NCBI GenBank assembly: GCA_045531275.1
Contig: JAZSDS010000008.1
Location: forward strand, 20,229-84,228
Source: Faecousia sp.
GTDB taxonomy: Bacteria > Bacillota > Clostridia > Oscillospirales > Oscillospiraceae
Length of the DNA stretch: 64,000 bases
Direction of reading: 5' to 3'
Both the position numbers and the translations under genes were made by a program. Under the pieces are notes generated by a model. That model was not told the origin of the DNA. It made no database searches and worked only from the letters and a program-made list of their open reading frames with translations. Positions within the stretch are counted from its first letter, which is position 1. Each line of letters starts with the position of its first letter. Below, in pieces: positions 9,079-18,235 of this stretch.

Positions 9079-10428
9079 ATGGCGTTTGAAGGACTGACTG
9101 AAAAGATTTCTGCTGCCTTCAAAAAGCTTAGGGGCAAAGGCCGCCTGAAGGAATCCGACGTAAAGGAAGCTATGCGGGAAATCCGCATGGCGCTTCTGGA
9201 AGCGGATGTAAGCTATAAGGTTGTTAAGGATTTTACAAAGGCTGTTACGGAACGTTGTGTCGGTACCGATGTTTTGGAATCCCTAAGCCCTGCGCAAATG
9301 ATCGTGAAGATCGTTAACGAAGAATTGACCGTGCTTATGGGCAGCGACGCCAAGCATATTACCATCAATCCCAATGGTACTACGGTTGTTATGCTGGTGG
9401 GTCTGCAGGGTGCAGGTAAGACCACCAACGGAAGTAAGCTGGCCGGGCTGATGAAGAAACAGGGAAAGAACCCCCTTTTGGTGGCTTGTGATATTTACCG
9501 CCCTGCGGCTATACAGCAGCTTAAGGTCTGTGGTGAAAAATTGGGTATTCCTGTATTTGAGAAAGGGCAGTACGACCCCGTTCAAATAGCAAAGGAGGCT
9601 GTTAGTTTTGCCCGGCAGCATGGTCATGACATAGTGTTTTTAGATACAGCAGGTCGGCTGCATGTGGACGAAGCACTTATGGAAGAGCTTAAAAACATTA
9701 AGGCTGCAGTAAAGCCGGATGAGATTATGCTGGTCGTTGATGCTATGACAGGTCAGGACGCTGTAAATGCTGCCCAAAGCTTCAATGAGTGGCTGGATAT
9801 TGATGCGGTCATGCTTAGTAAGCTTGATGGTGATGCAAGAGGCGGTGCTGCTTTGTCTGTGCGTGCCGTTACCGGCAAGCCGATTAAATTTGTCGGCATG
9901 GGAGAAAAGCTTGAAGATATTGAGCCTTTTCATCCCGACAGAATGGCATCCAGAATTTTAGGTATGGGCGATGTGCTTACCTTAATTGAAAAGGCGGAAA
10001 AGGCGTACGATGCCAAGAAAGCTGCCGAGATGGAGGAAAAGCTTAAATCCAACAAGTTCACGCTTCAGGATTTCTATGAGCAGATGGTTCAAATGAAATC
10101 TATGGGCTCTATGCAGGATATTCTGGCACAGCTTCCCGGTGGCGCAAGCTTAAAAAATGTCCAAGTGGACGAAAAGGCTATGGCCCACACAGAGGCAATT
10201 ATATTGTCTATGACGCCTAAGGAGCGAGAAAACCCCAGCATTATCGGTGCCAGCCGGAAAAAGCGTATTGCCGCAGGTGCGGGTTTGAAGGTTGAGGATG
10301 TAAACCGTCTGCTGAAATCTTTTGAACAGATGCGCGCGATGATTAAGCAGTTTTCCGGTCCCGGTGCGGCGAAGAAAATGAAGCGTATGCGTGGATTTGG
10401 AGGCTTTGGGGGATTCCCCGGATTTTAA
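9079..10428 (+). CDS. ffh: signal recognition particle protein Ffh
   Basis: NG domain with GLQGAGKTT and DTAGR, an M domain rich in Met, and a Gly-rich tail. Confidence 0.95.
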   Translation: MAFEGLTEKISAAFKKLRGKGRLKESDVKEAMREIRMALLEADVSYKVVKDFTKAVTERCVGTDVLESLSPAQMIVKIVNEELTVLMGSDAKHITINPNGTTVVMLVGLQGAGKTTNGSKLAGLMKKQGKNPLLVACDIYRPAAIQQLKVCGEKLGIPVFEKGQYDPVQIAKEAVSFARQHGHDIVFLDTAGRLHVDEALMEELKNIKAAVKPDEIMLVVDAMTGQDAVNAAQSFNEWLDIDAVMLSKLDGDARGGAALSVRAVTGKPIKFVGMGEKLEDIEPFHPDRMASRILGMGDVLTLIEKAEKAYDAKKAAEMEEKLKSNKFTLQDFYEQMVQMKSMGSMQDILAQLPGGASLKNVQVDEKAMAHTEAIILSMTPKERENPSIIGASRKKRIAAGAGLKVEDVNRLLKSFEQMRAMIKQFSGPGAAKKMKRMRGFGGFGGFPGF

Positions 10429-10492
10429 ATTGTTCGCTGTAAGCAAATTGCTTTGCGATATAGAAAAAGTTTTACTTTGGAGGTGAAAACTC

Positions 10493-10732
10493 ATGGTTAA
10501 GATCAGACTGAGAAGAATGGGTGCAAAGAAGGCTCCTTACTACCGTATTGTTGTTGCTGATTCCCGCAGCCCCCGCGACGGTCGTTGCATCGAGGAAATC
10601 GGTACCTACAACCCTTTGACTGAGCCCGCTACCATCACTGTTGATGCCGAGAAGGCTCAGACTTGGATCAAGAACGGTGCACAGCCTACCGATACCGTTC
10701 GCGGCCTGCTGAAGAAGGCTGGCGTGCTGTAA
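10493..10732 (+). CDS. rpsP: 30S ribosomal protein S16
   Basis: [31 protein letters not shown] is a canonical bS16 N-terminus. Confidence 0.95.
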   Translation: MVKIRLRRMGAKKAPYYRIVVADSRSPRDGRCIEEIGTYNPLTEPATITVDAEKAQTWIKNGAQPTDTVRGLLKKAGVL

Positions 10733-10753
10733 TTTTCCCAAAGGAGTTACACA

Positions 10754-10984
10754 ATGAAAGAACTTCTGCTGTATATGGCTAAGAACTTGGTGGACGATCC
10801 GGATGCAGTTACAGTTACTGAGTCTTGCAATGAGGACGGAAAGGTACTGGAGCTCCGTGTTGCCCCCGGTGACATGGGAAAGGTTATCGGCCGCCAGGGT
10901 CGAATCGCGAAAGAGATTCGCACCATCGTTAAAACCGTTGCGCAGCGCACCGGTGAAAAGATTACGGTGGACATCGTAGATTGA
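10754..10984 (+). CDS. khpA: KH-domain RNA-binding protein (YlqC/KhpA)
   Basis: 76 aa with the KH motif VIGRQGRIAKEIR, in the conserved rpsP-downstream position. Confidence 0.85.
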   Translation: MKELLLYMAKNLVDDPDAVTVTESCNEDGKVLELRVAPGDMGKVIGRQGRIAKEIRTIVKTVAQRTGEKITVDIVD

Positions 10985-10995
10985 TACGAATGGTT

Positions 10996-11031
10996 ATGCG
11001 TGACGCATCGCGTCACGCATTTCTCTTTTTT
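10996..11031 (+). terminator. intrinsic terminator after khpA
   Basis: 11-bp perfect stem ATGCGTGACGC/GCGTCACGCAT with a 3-nt loop, then TTCTCTTTTTT. Confidence 0.8.
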
Positions 11032-11116
11032 AGTAAAATTTATCTGCAGGGCTTGCTCATGGGTGTAAATCCTGATATAATAGCCTAAATTTGTGCGCAG
11101 TACAGGAGGGTTGCCT

Positions 11117-11608
11117 ATGAAGATCCAATTTTTACAGGCAGGTGAGATCGTTACAACTCATGGTGTTCGTGGCGAGATGAAGATACTACCCTGGTCCGAT
11201 GGACCGGAGTTTTTGTTGGATTTCCGGCGGGTACAAATTGGCCAGACAGATTATACTGTTGAAAATTGTCGAGTACAAAAAAACTGCAATCTGCTGAAAT
11301 TAAAGGGCATAGATACCGTAGAGGAAGCGCAAAAAATGCGCGGAAAGACTGTTAAGGTATACCGTGAGGATGCGCCTGGCGATGTGATTTTTGTGGCAGA
11401 GCTTATTGGAATTGATGTCTATAGTGAAGATGCACTGTTAGGTCAGATTGTCGATGTGTTGGATTACCCGGGAAATAAGGTTTATGTTGTTCGGGGTGAA
11501 TGTGAATACATGATCCCGGCAGTAAAAGAGTATATATTAAGCACGGACCTTGATACCGGAGTAATGCAGGTCCGTATTATTGAGGGGATGCGCACAGATG
11601 AGAGTTGA
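11117..11608 (+). CDS. rimM: 16S rRNA processing protein RimM
   Basis: Translation MKIQFLQAGEIVTTHGVRGEMKI matches the RimM N-terminal motif. AGGAGG lies 7 nt upstream of ATG 11117. Confidence 0.9.
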   Translation: MKIQFLQAGEIVTTHGVRGEMKILPWSDGPEFLLDFRRVQIGQTDYTVENCRVQKNCNLLKLKGIDTVEEAQKMRGKTVKVYREDAPGDVIFVAELIGIDVYSEDALLGQIVDVLDYPGNKVYVVRGECEYMIPAVKEYILSTDLDTGVMQVRIIEGMRTDES

Positions 11609-12347
11609 TATTCTTACACTATTCCCGGAAACGCTGGGAGATGTGCTGTCGGAAAGCATCCTGGGCAGGGCGCAGGAGCGCGGGTTCATTAAGATTGAAA
11701 CACACCAGATCCGTGATTACACTGCCAATAAACAAAACCAGGTTGACGATTACCCTTACGGTGGTGGTCGGGGCGCTGTGATGACCGCAGATCCGTTATA
11801 TCGGTGTTGGGAAGCAGTGTGCGACCAGGCTGGAGGAGCAGTGCATACCGTTTACCTTTCACCCTGTGGCCATACATTTAAGCAGGCTGACGCAATACGA
11901 TTAAGCAAGATGGATAATCTTGTTCTTGTGTGCGGACACTACGAAGGAATCGATCAGCGATTTATTGACGAATGTGTGGACGAAGAAATATCTCTGGGTG
12001 ACTTTGTACTAACCGGCGGTGAAATAGCCGCTATGGCTGTTACAGACGCTGTGTGCAGAATGGTGCCGGGTGTACTGGCAGATCCTGAATGTTTTGAGGA
12101 TGAGAGTCATTACAACGGCCTTTTGGAATACCCCCAGTACAGTCGTCCTGCTGTATGGCATGGCAGACATGTTCCTGAAGTACTGCTTTCGGGAAATCAC
12201 GAAAAGGTTGCTCAGTGGCGCAGAAAGCAGTCCTTGTTGCGAACCAGGCGTAGAAGGCCTGATATGTATAATAAGTTGGATCTCAGCGGAAAACAAGACC
12301 AGAAGATTCTAAAAGAGCTTGCGGAAGAAGAGCAATCTCTTGAATAA
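11598..12347 (+). CDS. trmD: tRNA (guanine37-N1)-methyltransferase TrmD
   Basis: Contains MRVDILTLFPE, DDYPYGGG and LTGGE motifs. It overlaps the end of rimM. Confidence 0.95.
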   Translation: MRVDILTLFPETLGDVLSESILGRAQERGFIKIETHQIRDYTANKQNQVDDYPYGGGRGAVMTADPLYRCWEAVCDQAGGAVHTVYLSPCGHTFKQADAIRLSKMDNLVLVCGHYEGIDQRFIDECVDEEISLGDFVLTGGEIAAMAVTDAVCRMVPGVLADPECFEDESHYNGLLEYPQYSRPAVWHGRHVPEVLLSGNHEKVAQWRRKQSLLRTRRRRPDMYNKLDLSGKQDQKILKELAEEEQSLE

Positions 12348-12387
12348 AAACATACCGGAGAATGTACCATTCTCCGGTATGTTTTTA
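12346..12387. terminator. bidirectional terminator between trmD and the convergent LRR gene
   Basis: AAAAACATACCGGAGAATG-TACC-ATTCTCCGGTATGTTTTT. Confidence 0.8.
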
Positions 12388-14109
12388 TTCCTGAACGGGG
12401 TTATAATTCACAATTATGCTTTGGTCGGTCAGAGGGGTAACATCTGTAACCTTCGTTGCGTATACATTTACCTCTATCAACACAGGGCATTTGACAAGAG
12501 AAGCAACAGATGCGATCTCTGTGTTGTAGTCCATATGCACATTGTTTAGATGCTTCAGGCCGCCCAATGGAGCCAGACTAGATAATTTGTTGTGAGAGCC
12601 GTTGATGGTAACCAAAGCACAGTCTTTTGTAAACGAAGGAATCTCGGTAACCTCATTATGGGAAAAGTCGAAATACATCAGCTTATCTAATGCAGAAAGT
12701 GATCCGATATCCTTCAGCTTGTTTGAGGAGATGTTAAGCTCCGTTAATGATTTACATGCAGAGAGCACCTTGATATCACTGAGTTTGTTGCCGGAAAGCG
12801 ATAGATAGGACAAGGATGCGAGACTGTCGATGTTTCCAAGGGCGGTGATGCTATTTGAACTGGCATCTAACCAGTTAAGACCGGCAAGTACATTGATGGG
12901 TGCCAGAGATGTTATGGTATTGTTTGAGATATCCAGTCTGGAAAGGGCGGTGCAGGAGGCTAGTTTGGTAAGGTCGGATACTGCGTTGTGCTGCAGATTA
13001 AGATCCTTAAGCTCCTGCATGTTTTTCAATGCTTCGATATTGCGAATTGCATTGTTGCTGAGATCAAGCTTCAAAAGACCTGTTGCATCGGTCAAAGGCG
13101 CAATGCCGGATATCCCGCAATTCTTGAGTGTCAATTCCTTTAGCACCGGAAGGGAACCGATGGATTTGAGAATCTCCTGTGAGACATTGGTATCAGAGAT
13201 AGTTAATTGTGTTAAGTTGGATAGATTTGCGATGAAATCCAGCTGATCGGCAACGCCTTTGGAAATTGTTAAATTTTCCAGGAATGTGAGATGCTTAAGG
13301 TCATCGTATTTCTTTGCTTTTGAGGGTATTGTAAAAGTTTTGATAGTCCAAAGATCATTTGTAAACAGTTCAGTTTCATCGCTAACATTTAAAAGCTTGC
13401 GGACCTCTGCCTCTATTGCGTCATCAGCAAATTCCATTTTTTCAATGACACCGCCCACTGTATATCCGAAGATCGATACAGGACTTACAAGTCCGTTGTT
13501 GTCCACAGCGATAGAGTATATTGTATTCTCGCCGTCGGCAAGAGAAATGGGGTCTTGGTAAGGATCGTTTGCTATAGATGGATAGTCGCCGTTATTTGTG
13601 GTGTAAACTTTTCCTTTTTCTGCCTGAATCGTAACAGAGATGTATTGATTGTAGAAACCAGGTTCGGGCAATGCAGTGGGAGCAGCAGGACGGAGCGCCT
13701 CAAGCTGTTCTTTAACATCAGGGTTTGTGATGTTGTTGAGCATGTTCACAGCGTCTAAAAGTTTGTCCTGTTCAACATAGGTTTTACACAGCGCAATGTA
13801 AACATCGATTCCGCCTCCATCAGCAATGGCGTTGGAAAGTGTGTATTCGGCTTTTGTGTAGTTGCCGCTTGTTTTATATTGCTCTGCAAGCTCAATAGCT
13901 ACCGCGTCACTGTCGCCTGTCTGGGAATAGGCCTGGTTGTAGAACCAGGTTGCGATATTGTGGTTGCCCTGGCTCTCACTAAACCTTGCGCATCCTAACA
14001 GCATATCTCTGGTAAAATCTCGGTCATAAACAAAAAGGTACCAGAACATGCAAAGAATGATCGCAATAGCAAGCACTACAGGAACTAAAATTCGGATCGT
14101 CTTTTTCAT
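12385..14109 (-). CDS. membrane-anchored leucine-rich-repeat protein (N-terminal TM helix, TPR-like region, chitobiase/hexosaminidase-C-like module, about 13 LRRs)
   Basis: N-terminal hydrophobic helix (ILVPVVLAIAIILCMFWYLFV). The segment FYNQYISVTIQAEKGKVYTTNNGDYPS resembles CHB_HEX_C modules. A long run of 22-aa LxxLxLxxNxIxDIxxL units follows. Confidence 0.75.
   Translation of the reverse strand: MKKTIRILVPVVLAIAIILCMFWYLFVYDRDFTRDMLLGCARFSESQGNHNIATWFYNQAYSQTGDSDAVAIELAEQYKTSGNYTKAEYTLSNAIADGGGIDVYIALCKTYVEQDKLLDAVNMLNNITNPDVKEQLEALRPAAPTALPEPGFYNQYISVTIQAEKGKVYTTNNGDYPSIANDPYQDPISLADGENTIYSIAVDNNGLVSPVSIFGYTVGGVIEKMEFADDAIEAEVRKLLNVSDETELFTNDLWTIKTFTIPSKAKKYDDLKHLTFLENLTISKGVADQLDFIANLSNLTQLTISDTNVSQEILKSIGSLPVLKELTLKNCGISGIAPLTDATGLLKLDLSNNAIRNIEALKNMQELKDLNLQHNAVSDLTKLASCTALSRLDISNNTITSLAPINVLAGLNWLDASSNSITALGNIDSLASLSYLSLSGNKLSDIKVLSACKSLTELNISSNKLKDIGSLSALDKLMYFDFSHNEVTEIPSFTKDCALVTINGSHNKLSSLAPLGGLKHLNNVHMDYNTEIASVASLVKCPVLIEVNVYATKVTDVTPLTDQSIIVNYNPVQE
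12430..13299 (-). repeat. tandem ~66-nt coding repeats (about 13 leucine-rich repeats) inside the LRR gene
   Basis: Consecutive units such as LLKLDLSNNAIRNIEALKNMQE, LKDLNLQHNAVSDLTKLASCTA and LSRLDISNNTITSLAPINVLAG. Confidence 0.8.
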
Positions 14110-14259
14110 TCTGTGCTCCGTTTCGATAGTTTTCGTACAATAAATTATACTTGCAGGGCGTTATGATGTCAAGTGTTGACATAAAATAGGAATAATCTTC
14201 CTGCATAAAACAGCAGAATCCGAATTGCTGCCTTGTTAGAATAATCCGGGGTGATTACG

Positions 14260-15246
14260 ATGAATAAAAAATGGTTTGAAATTATTTCTACAATAGTATT
14301 TGCGTTGATTCTTCCTTGTGTTCTCTTTTCGTTTTCAAATGTTAGAAATGAAGAGAATGCAGATGGACCAGTGGAAACAACGCAACAGACTTTAGCGACC
14401 CAGGTAACTATATCCAATACTCCAGAGTTCCAGATTTCAGTGTTAATGGAGGATGGGGTTATTAAACAGATGGATATAGATACATATTTGACTGCTGTGG
14501 TTTTGCAGGAGATGCCAGTAGAATTTGAAATTGAAGCACTAAAGGCGCAGGCTGTTGTTGCGCGGACTTATGCCCTGAGGCGGGTTAAAACGGGCAGCAA
14601 GCACAATGGCGCGGCGGTTTGCACAAGATCCGATTGCTGTCAGGGCTATTGTGATGAAGATACCTATATAAAGCTAGGTGGTGATGAAACTGCTGTTGAT
14701 AAGGTAAAAAAGGCTGTTGTAGACACAGCAGATCAGGTGCTTGTGTATGACGGTGAATTGATTGATGCTACATATTTTTCCTGCTCCGGTGGTATGACGG
14801 AGGATGCGGCAGCTGTGTGGGGGTCGGATATACCATACTTACAATCTACAAAAAGTCCCGGCGAGGAAAAATCACAGCACTATTCGGAAACAATTCGCTT
14901 CACTGCAGAAGCGTTTATGGAGAAGTTGGGTCGGAAGTTTATAGGTGCGTCAGAGAGTTGGATAGAAAATGTAGAATATACAGATGGTGGCGGGGTAGCA
15001 AAAATGGTGATTTGCGGGAATGTTTTTACAGGCACTGAGCTCCGCAGCCTGTTAGGTCTTCGGTCAACTTCCTTTGTGTTGACGGCCATCGGCGACACCA
15101 TTACTGTTACAACAAAAGGATTTGGTCACAGAGTAGGCATGAGTCAATATGGGGCAGATGCTATGGCAGTGCAGGGGTGTACATATGAGCAGATATTGAT
15201 TCATTACTATCAGGGAACAGATTTGGTGGGATATTTTGATGTGTGA
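14260..15246 (+). CDS. spoIID: stage II sporulation protein D (SpoIID lytic transglycosylase)
   Basis: SpoIID/LytB-domain motifs AQAVVARTYAL, YFSCSGGMTEDAAAVWG, PYLQS and GHRVGMSQYGA. ATG 14260 is preceded by GGGGTGA. Confidence 0.9.
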   Translation: MNKKWFEIISTIVFALILPCVLFSFSNVRNEENADGPVETTQQTLATQVTISNTPEFQISVLMEDGVIKQMDIDTYLTAVVLQEMPVEFEIEALKAQAVVARTYALRRVKTGSKHNGAAVCTRSDCCQGYCDEDTYIKLGGDETAVDKVKKAVVDTADQVLVYDGELIDATYFSCSGGMTEDAAAVWGSDIPYLQSTKSPGEEKSQHYSETIRFTAEAFMEKLGRKFIGASESWIENVEYTDGGGVAKMVICGNVFTGTELRSLLGLRSTSFVLTAIGDTITVTTKGFGHRVGMSQYGADAMAVQGCTYEQILIHYYQGTDLVGYFDV

Positions 15247-15307
15247 TTGACATTGGTGTTATTTTAAGGTACAATATAGCAAAATTTCAGTGAGGGGAGG
15301 GACAGCA

Positions 15308-16243
15308 ATGCCAATCCAAATTCCAAATGATTTGCCCGCCGCAGGTACTCTGCAGGAAGAAAATATTTTTGTAATGACGGAGAACAGAGCAGTTGCTCAG
15401 GATATTCGTCCCCTTGAAATTGTCCTGCTGAATTTGATGCCTACTAAAATTGCGACGGAAACGCAGTTTTCAAGACTTTTAGGAAACACACCGCTGCAGG
15501 TTAAATTGGAGTTAATGCATACAACCTCCCATGTATCTAAAAATGTTGCGCAGGAGCACCTCCTGACTTTCTATAAAAGTTTCAATGAATTAAAACATCG
15601 TAAGTTTGACGGAATGATTATCACAGGAGCACCTGTGGAACATCTTGCTTTTGAGGATGTGGATTACTGGGACGAGCTCTGTCAAATCATGGAGTGGAGC
15701 AAGACAAATGTTCATAGCACTTTCCACATTTGCTGGGGCGCACAGGCGGGTCTATATTATCACTTTGGTATTCAAAAGCATCCGTTGAAGGAGAAGTTGT
15801 TTGGCGTATACCCCCATAAAGCGGATTATAAGCGCTCAATTCTGCTGCGGGGCTTTGATGATAAATTTTGGGTACCCCACTCCAGACATACCACAGTTTT
15901 ACGGGAAGATATTGAATCTGTCCCCGGACTGAAAGTGATTGCGTCCTCTGAGGATGCAGGCGTATATGCCGTGATGAGCAAACAAGGTAGACAGATTTTT
16001 ATAACGGGACATTCAGAGTATGATCCTGAGACTCTCCAGAATGAATACCTGCGTGATAAAAATCAGGGTCTGCCCATTCGTGTTCCTCAGAATTATTATC
16101 CTAATGATGATGACACTCAGGAGCCTTTGGTGCGCTGGCGTGGTCATGCCCACCTTTTGTTCTCGAATTGGTTAAACTATTTCGTATACCAGACGACGCC
16201 CTACGATATCATGAATGTGGGACAGAACGCTGCTATAAAGTAA
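15308..16243 (+). CDS. metA: homoserine O-acyltransferase (MetA family)
   Basis: [11 protein letters not shown]..., LNLMP.K..TE, ICWGAQA (active-site Cys) and HSRHT motifs. Confidence 0.9.
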   Translation: MPIQIPNDLPAAGTLQEENIFVMTENRAVAQDIRPLEIVLLNLMPTKIATETQFSRLLGNTPLQVKLELMHTTSHVSKNVAQEHLLTFYKSFNELKHRKFDGMIITGAPVEHLAFEDVDYWDELCQIMEWSKTNVHSTFHICWGAQAGLYYHFGIQKHPLKEKLFGVYPHKADYKRSILLRGFDDKFWVPHSRHTTVLREDIESVPGLKVIASSEDAGVYAVMSKQGRQIFITGHSEYDPETLQNEYLRDKNQGLPIRVPQNYYPNDDDTQEPLVRWRGHAHLLFSNWLNYFVYQTTPYDIMNVGQNAAIK

Positions 16244-16274
16244 AAAACTCCATGCTATTTGCATGGAGTTTTTG
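16242..16274 (+). terminator. intrinsic terminator after metA
   Basis: AAAAAACTCCATGC-TATTT-GCATGGAGTTTTTG. Confidence 0.8.
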
Positions 16275-16393
16275 TTCTGACTTTTACTGTTAAGCATAGT
16301 ATGTAAAGAATGGCTTTGGGATAATCGCTTTGCTTGCAATTCATCTGTTTTTGTGACATAATATGCTTGAAACTGAAGTTTGGAGATGGGCAT

Positions 16394-18091
16394 ATGAAAC
16401 TGATGATTGATGGGCATGAAATTATAGCAAGGCCGGGAGAAAGCCTTTTGGAGTTGATTTGCTTACTGGGGTTGGATGATGCTGTTTTTTCCCAGAGGCC
16501 TATGGCGGCAAAAATTGCCGGTGAAGTATTTAACTTGAATTACATTCCAGTCCGTGTAAAAGACTCGGTGGCAGATAGGACATCTATGCGACGGGCTATG
16601 GCTGCGTCTGGTGGTGTGATCAGTTTGATTCGGTATAATGACCCTGTTGGACGTGATGTATATGCCAGAACAGCGCAATTTGTGCTGTTTCTGGCACTAC
16701 ACAGGCTGTGTCCAGAAGTCCGTGTAAAAATGAACTGTACCATCGGAAAGGCGCTATATGTAGAAGTTTTGGCAGATGATTTCTCTGCAGATGCATTGAA
16801 GCGGGAGGTTCGGAACATTGTTACTCGTGATATTCCGCTTTTGCGTAAGCGGTTGACTACTGAAGAAGCAGTACAGTTTTTCCGTGACAATGGGCAATTA
16901 GATAAGGCGAGGTTACTCTCCTGGCGCACCGAAGAATTTTTCGATGTATATACATTCGAAGATTTTGCTGATTATTACTACGGAGAGCTTGCACCCTCAA
17001 CCGGGTATTTGCAGGTATGGAATATTCTTCCCGCGGAGGGTGGTTTTATGTTCCTGTTTCCGGATGATGACGCACCAGATGCTGTGGCAAATTATGAAGA
17101 AATGCCACATTTTCTCAGTGTATGTACAGAGGGTGAGCGTTGGTGTGAGCTTATGGAGTGCGAAACGGTTGCTGATCTGAATGACCTTGTTAAAAACGGA
17201 AAGATACGGGAACTGATCCGTGTCAATGAAGCGCTCCACGAAAAACGCTTTTCCCAGGTTGCCGACATGGTTTGCGGTATGGGGGCGAAGGCAGTAATGT
17301 TAGCTGGTCCCAGTTCTTCCGGAAAGACGACGTCTGCAAACAGACTGGCAACTCAGCTTAGAGTACATGGGAAGAAACCAATTTTGATGAGCTTGGATGA
17401 CTATTATATCGACAGGGATATGATTCAGCCGGACGCGGATGGTGTGCTGGACCTGGAGCATATTAACACCATCGATACAGAGCTGTTTCGTACTCATTTG
17501 GATGCGCTGCTTGCAGGACAAAGGGTAGAACTTCCGACATTTAATTTTAAGACCGGGAAAAGAGAATGGCATGGAGAGAGTTTGCAACTTGTAACAGATA
17601 CCGTAATTATTATTGAAGGACTTCATGCACTGAATCCTGTGCTTTTGCCTGACGGATTAGATAGTAGCATGATTTTTAAGCTATATGTCAGCCCTTTGCT
17701 GCCACTAAATCTCGACGACCACAACCGGATTCCCACGAGTCTTTTGCGCCTGCTGCGCAGGACGGTTCGGGACCACGAAACCAGAGGCGCATCCGTTCAA
17801 CAAACAATGTCAATGTGGGACTCTGTACGCAGGGGAGAAAAACGGTGGATATTCCCGTTCCAGGAACAGGCGCATGTGATATTTAACAGCTCTACATTGT
17901 ATGAGTTGGCCGTGTTAAAAAAGCATATATTCCCACTGCTGACAGAAGTTGAACCTGAGGATAGCTGTTATGATCAAGTAAGGTCCATCGTAAAAATCCT
18001 TAACTATGTGCAAGAAGCTGATGTGGATGATGAGATACCGCCAACAAGTTTGGTCAGAGAATTTATTGGTGGAAACAGTTTCTATCTATAA
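16394..18091 (+). CDS. uridine-kinase/phosphoribulokinase-family nucleoside kinase with a ~290-aa N-terminal extension
   Basis: The C-terminal half has the P-loop GPSSSGKTT and Udk-like IIIEGLHALNP. The N-terminal half is not assignable by eye but may be TGS/ThrRS-additional-domain-like. ATG 16394 is preceded by GGAGA. Confidence 0.7.
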   Translation: MKLMIDGHEIIARPGESLLELICLLGLDDAVFSQRPMAAKIAGEVFNLNYIPVRVKDSVADRTSMRRAMAASGGVISLIRYNDPVGRDVYARTAQFVLFLALHRLCPEVRVKMNCTIGKALYVEVLADDFSADALKREVRNIVTRDIPLLRKRLTTEEAVQFFRDNGQLDKARLLSWRTEEFFDVYTFEDFADYYYGELAPSTGYLQVWNILPAEGGFMFLFPDDDAPDAVANYEEMPHFLSVCTEGERWCELMECETVADLNDLVKNGKIRELIRVNEALHEKRFSQVADMVCGMGAKAVMLAGPSSSGKTTSANRLATQLRVHGKKPILMSLDDYYIDRDMIQPDADGVLDLEHINTIDTELFRTHLDALLAGQRVELPTFNFKTGKREWHGESLQLVTDTVIIIEGLHALNPVLLPDGLDSSMIFKLYVSPLLPLNLDDHNRIPTSLLRLLRRTVRDHETRGASVQQTMSMWDSVRRGEKRWIFPFQEQAHVIFNSSTLYELAVLKKHIFPLLTEVEPEDSCYDQVRSIVKILNYVQEADVDDEIPPTSLVREFIGGNSFYL

Positions 18092-18235
18092 ATGATGGCG
18101 GAGGGTGCGGACCTTCCGCCATTCATTGCAAGTTGAGGCAAGACGCATTGAGAAATTTTAACAAAAATACTGGAAAGCTATTGAAATCCTGTACCGAGTG
18201 CTTATAATGGAGGGAAGGACGGAGGAGGGGATTCA

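Noticed and set aside
15247-15307. An expected SAM (S-box) riboswitch upstream of metA.
   Set aside because: Only about 60 nt separate spoIID from metA. They hold just a TTGACA/TACAAT promoter and an SD, so there is no room for an S-box fold.
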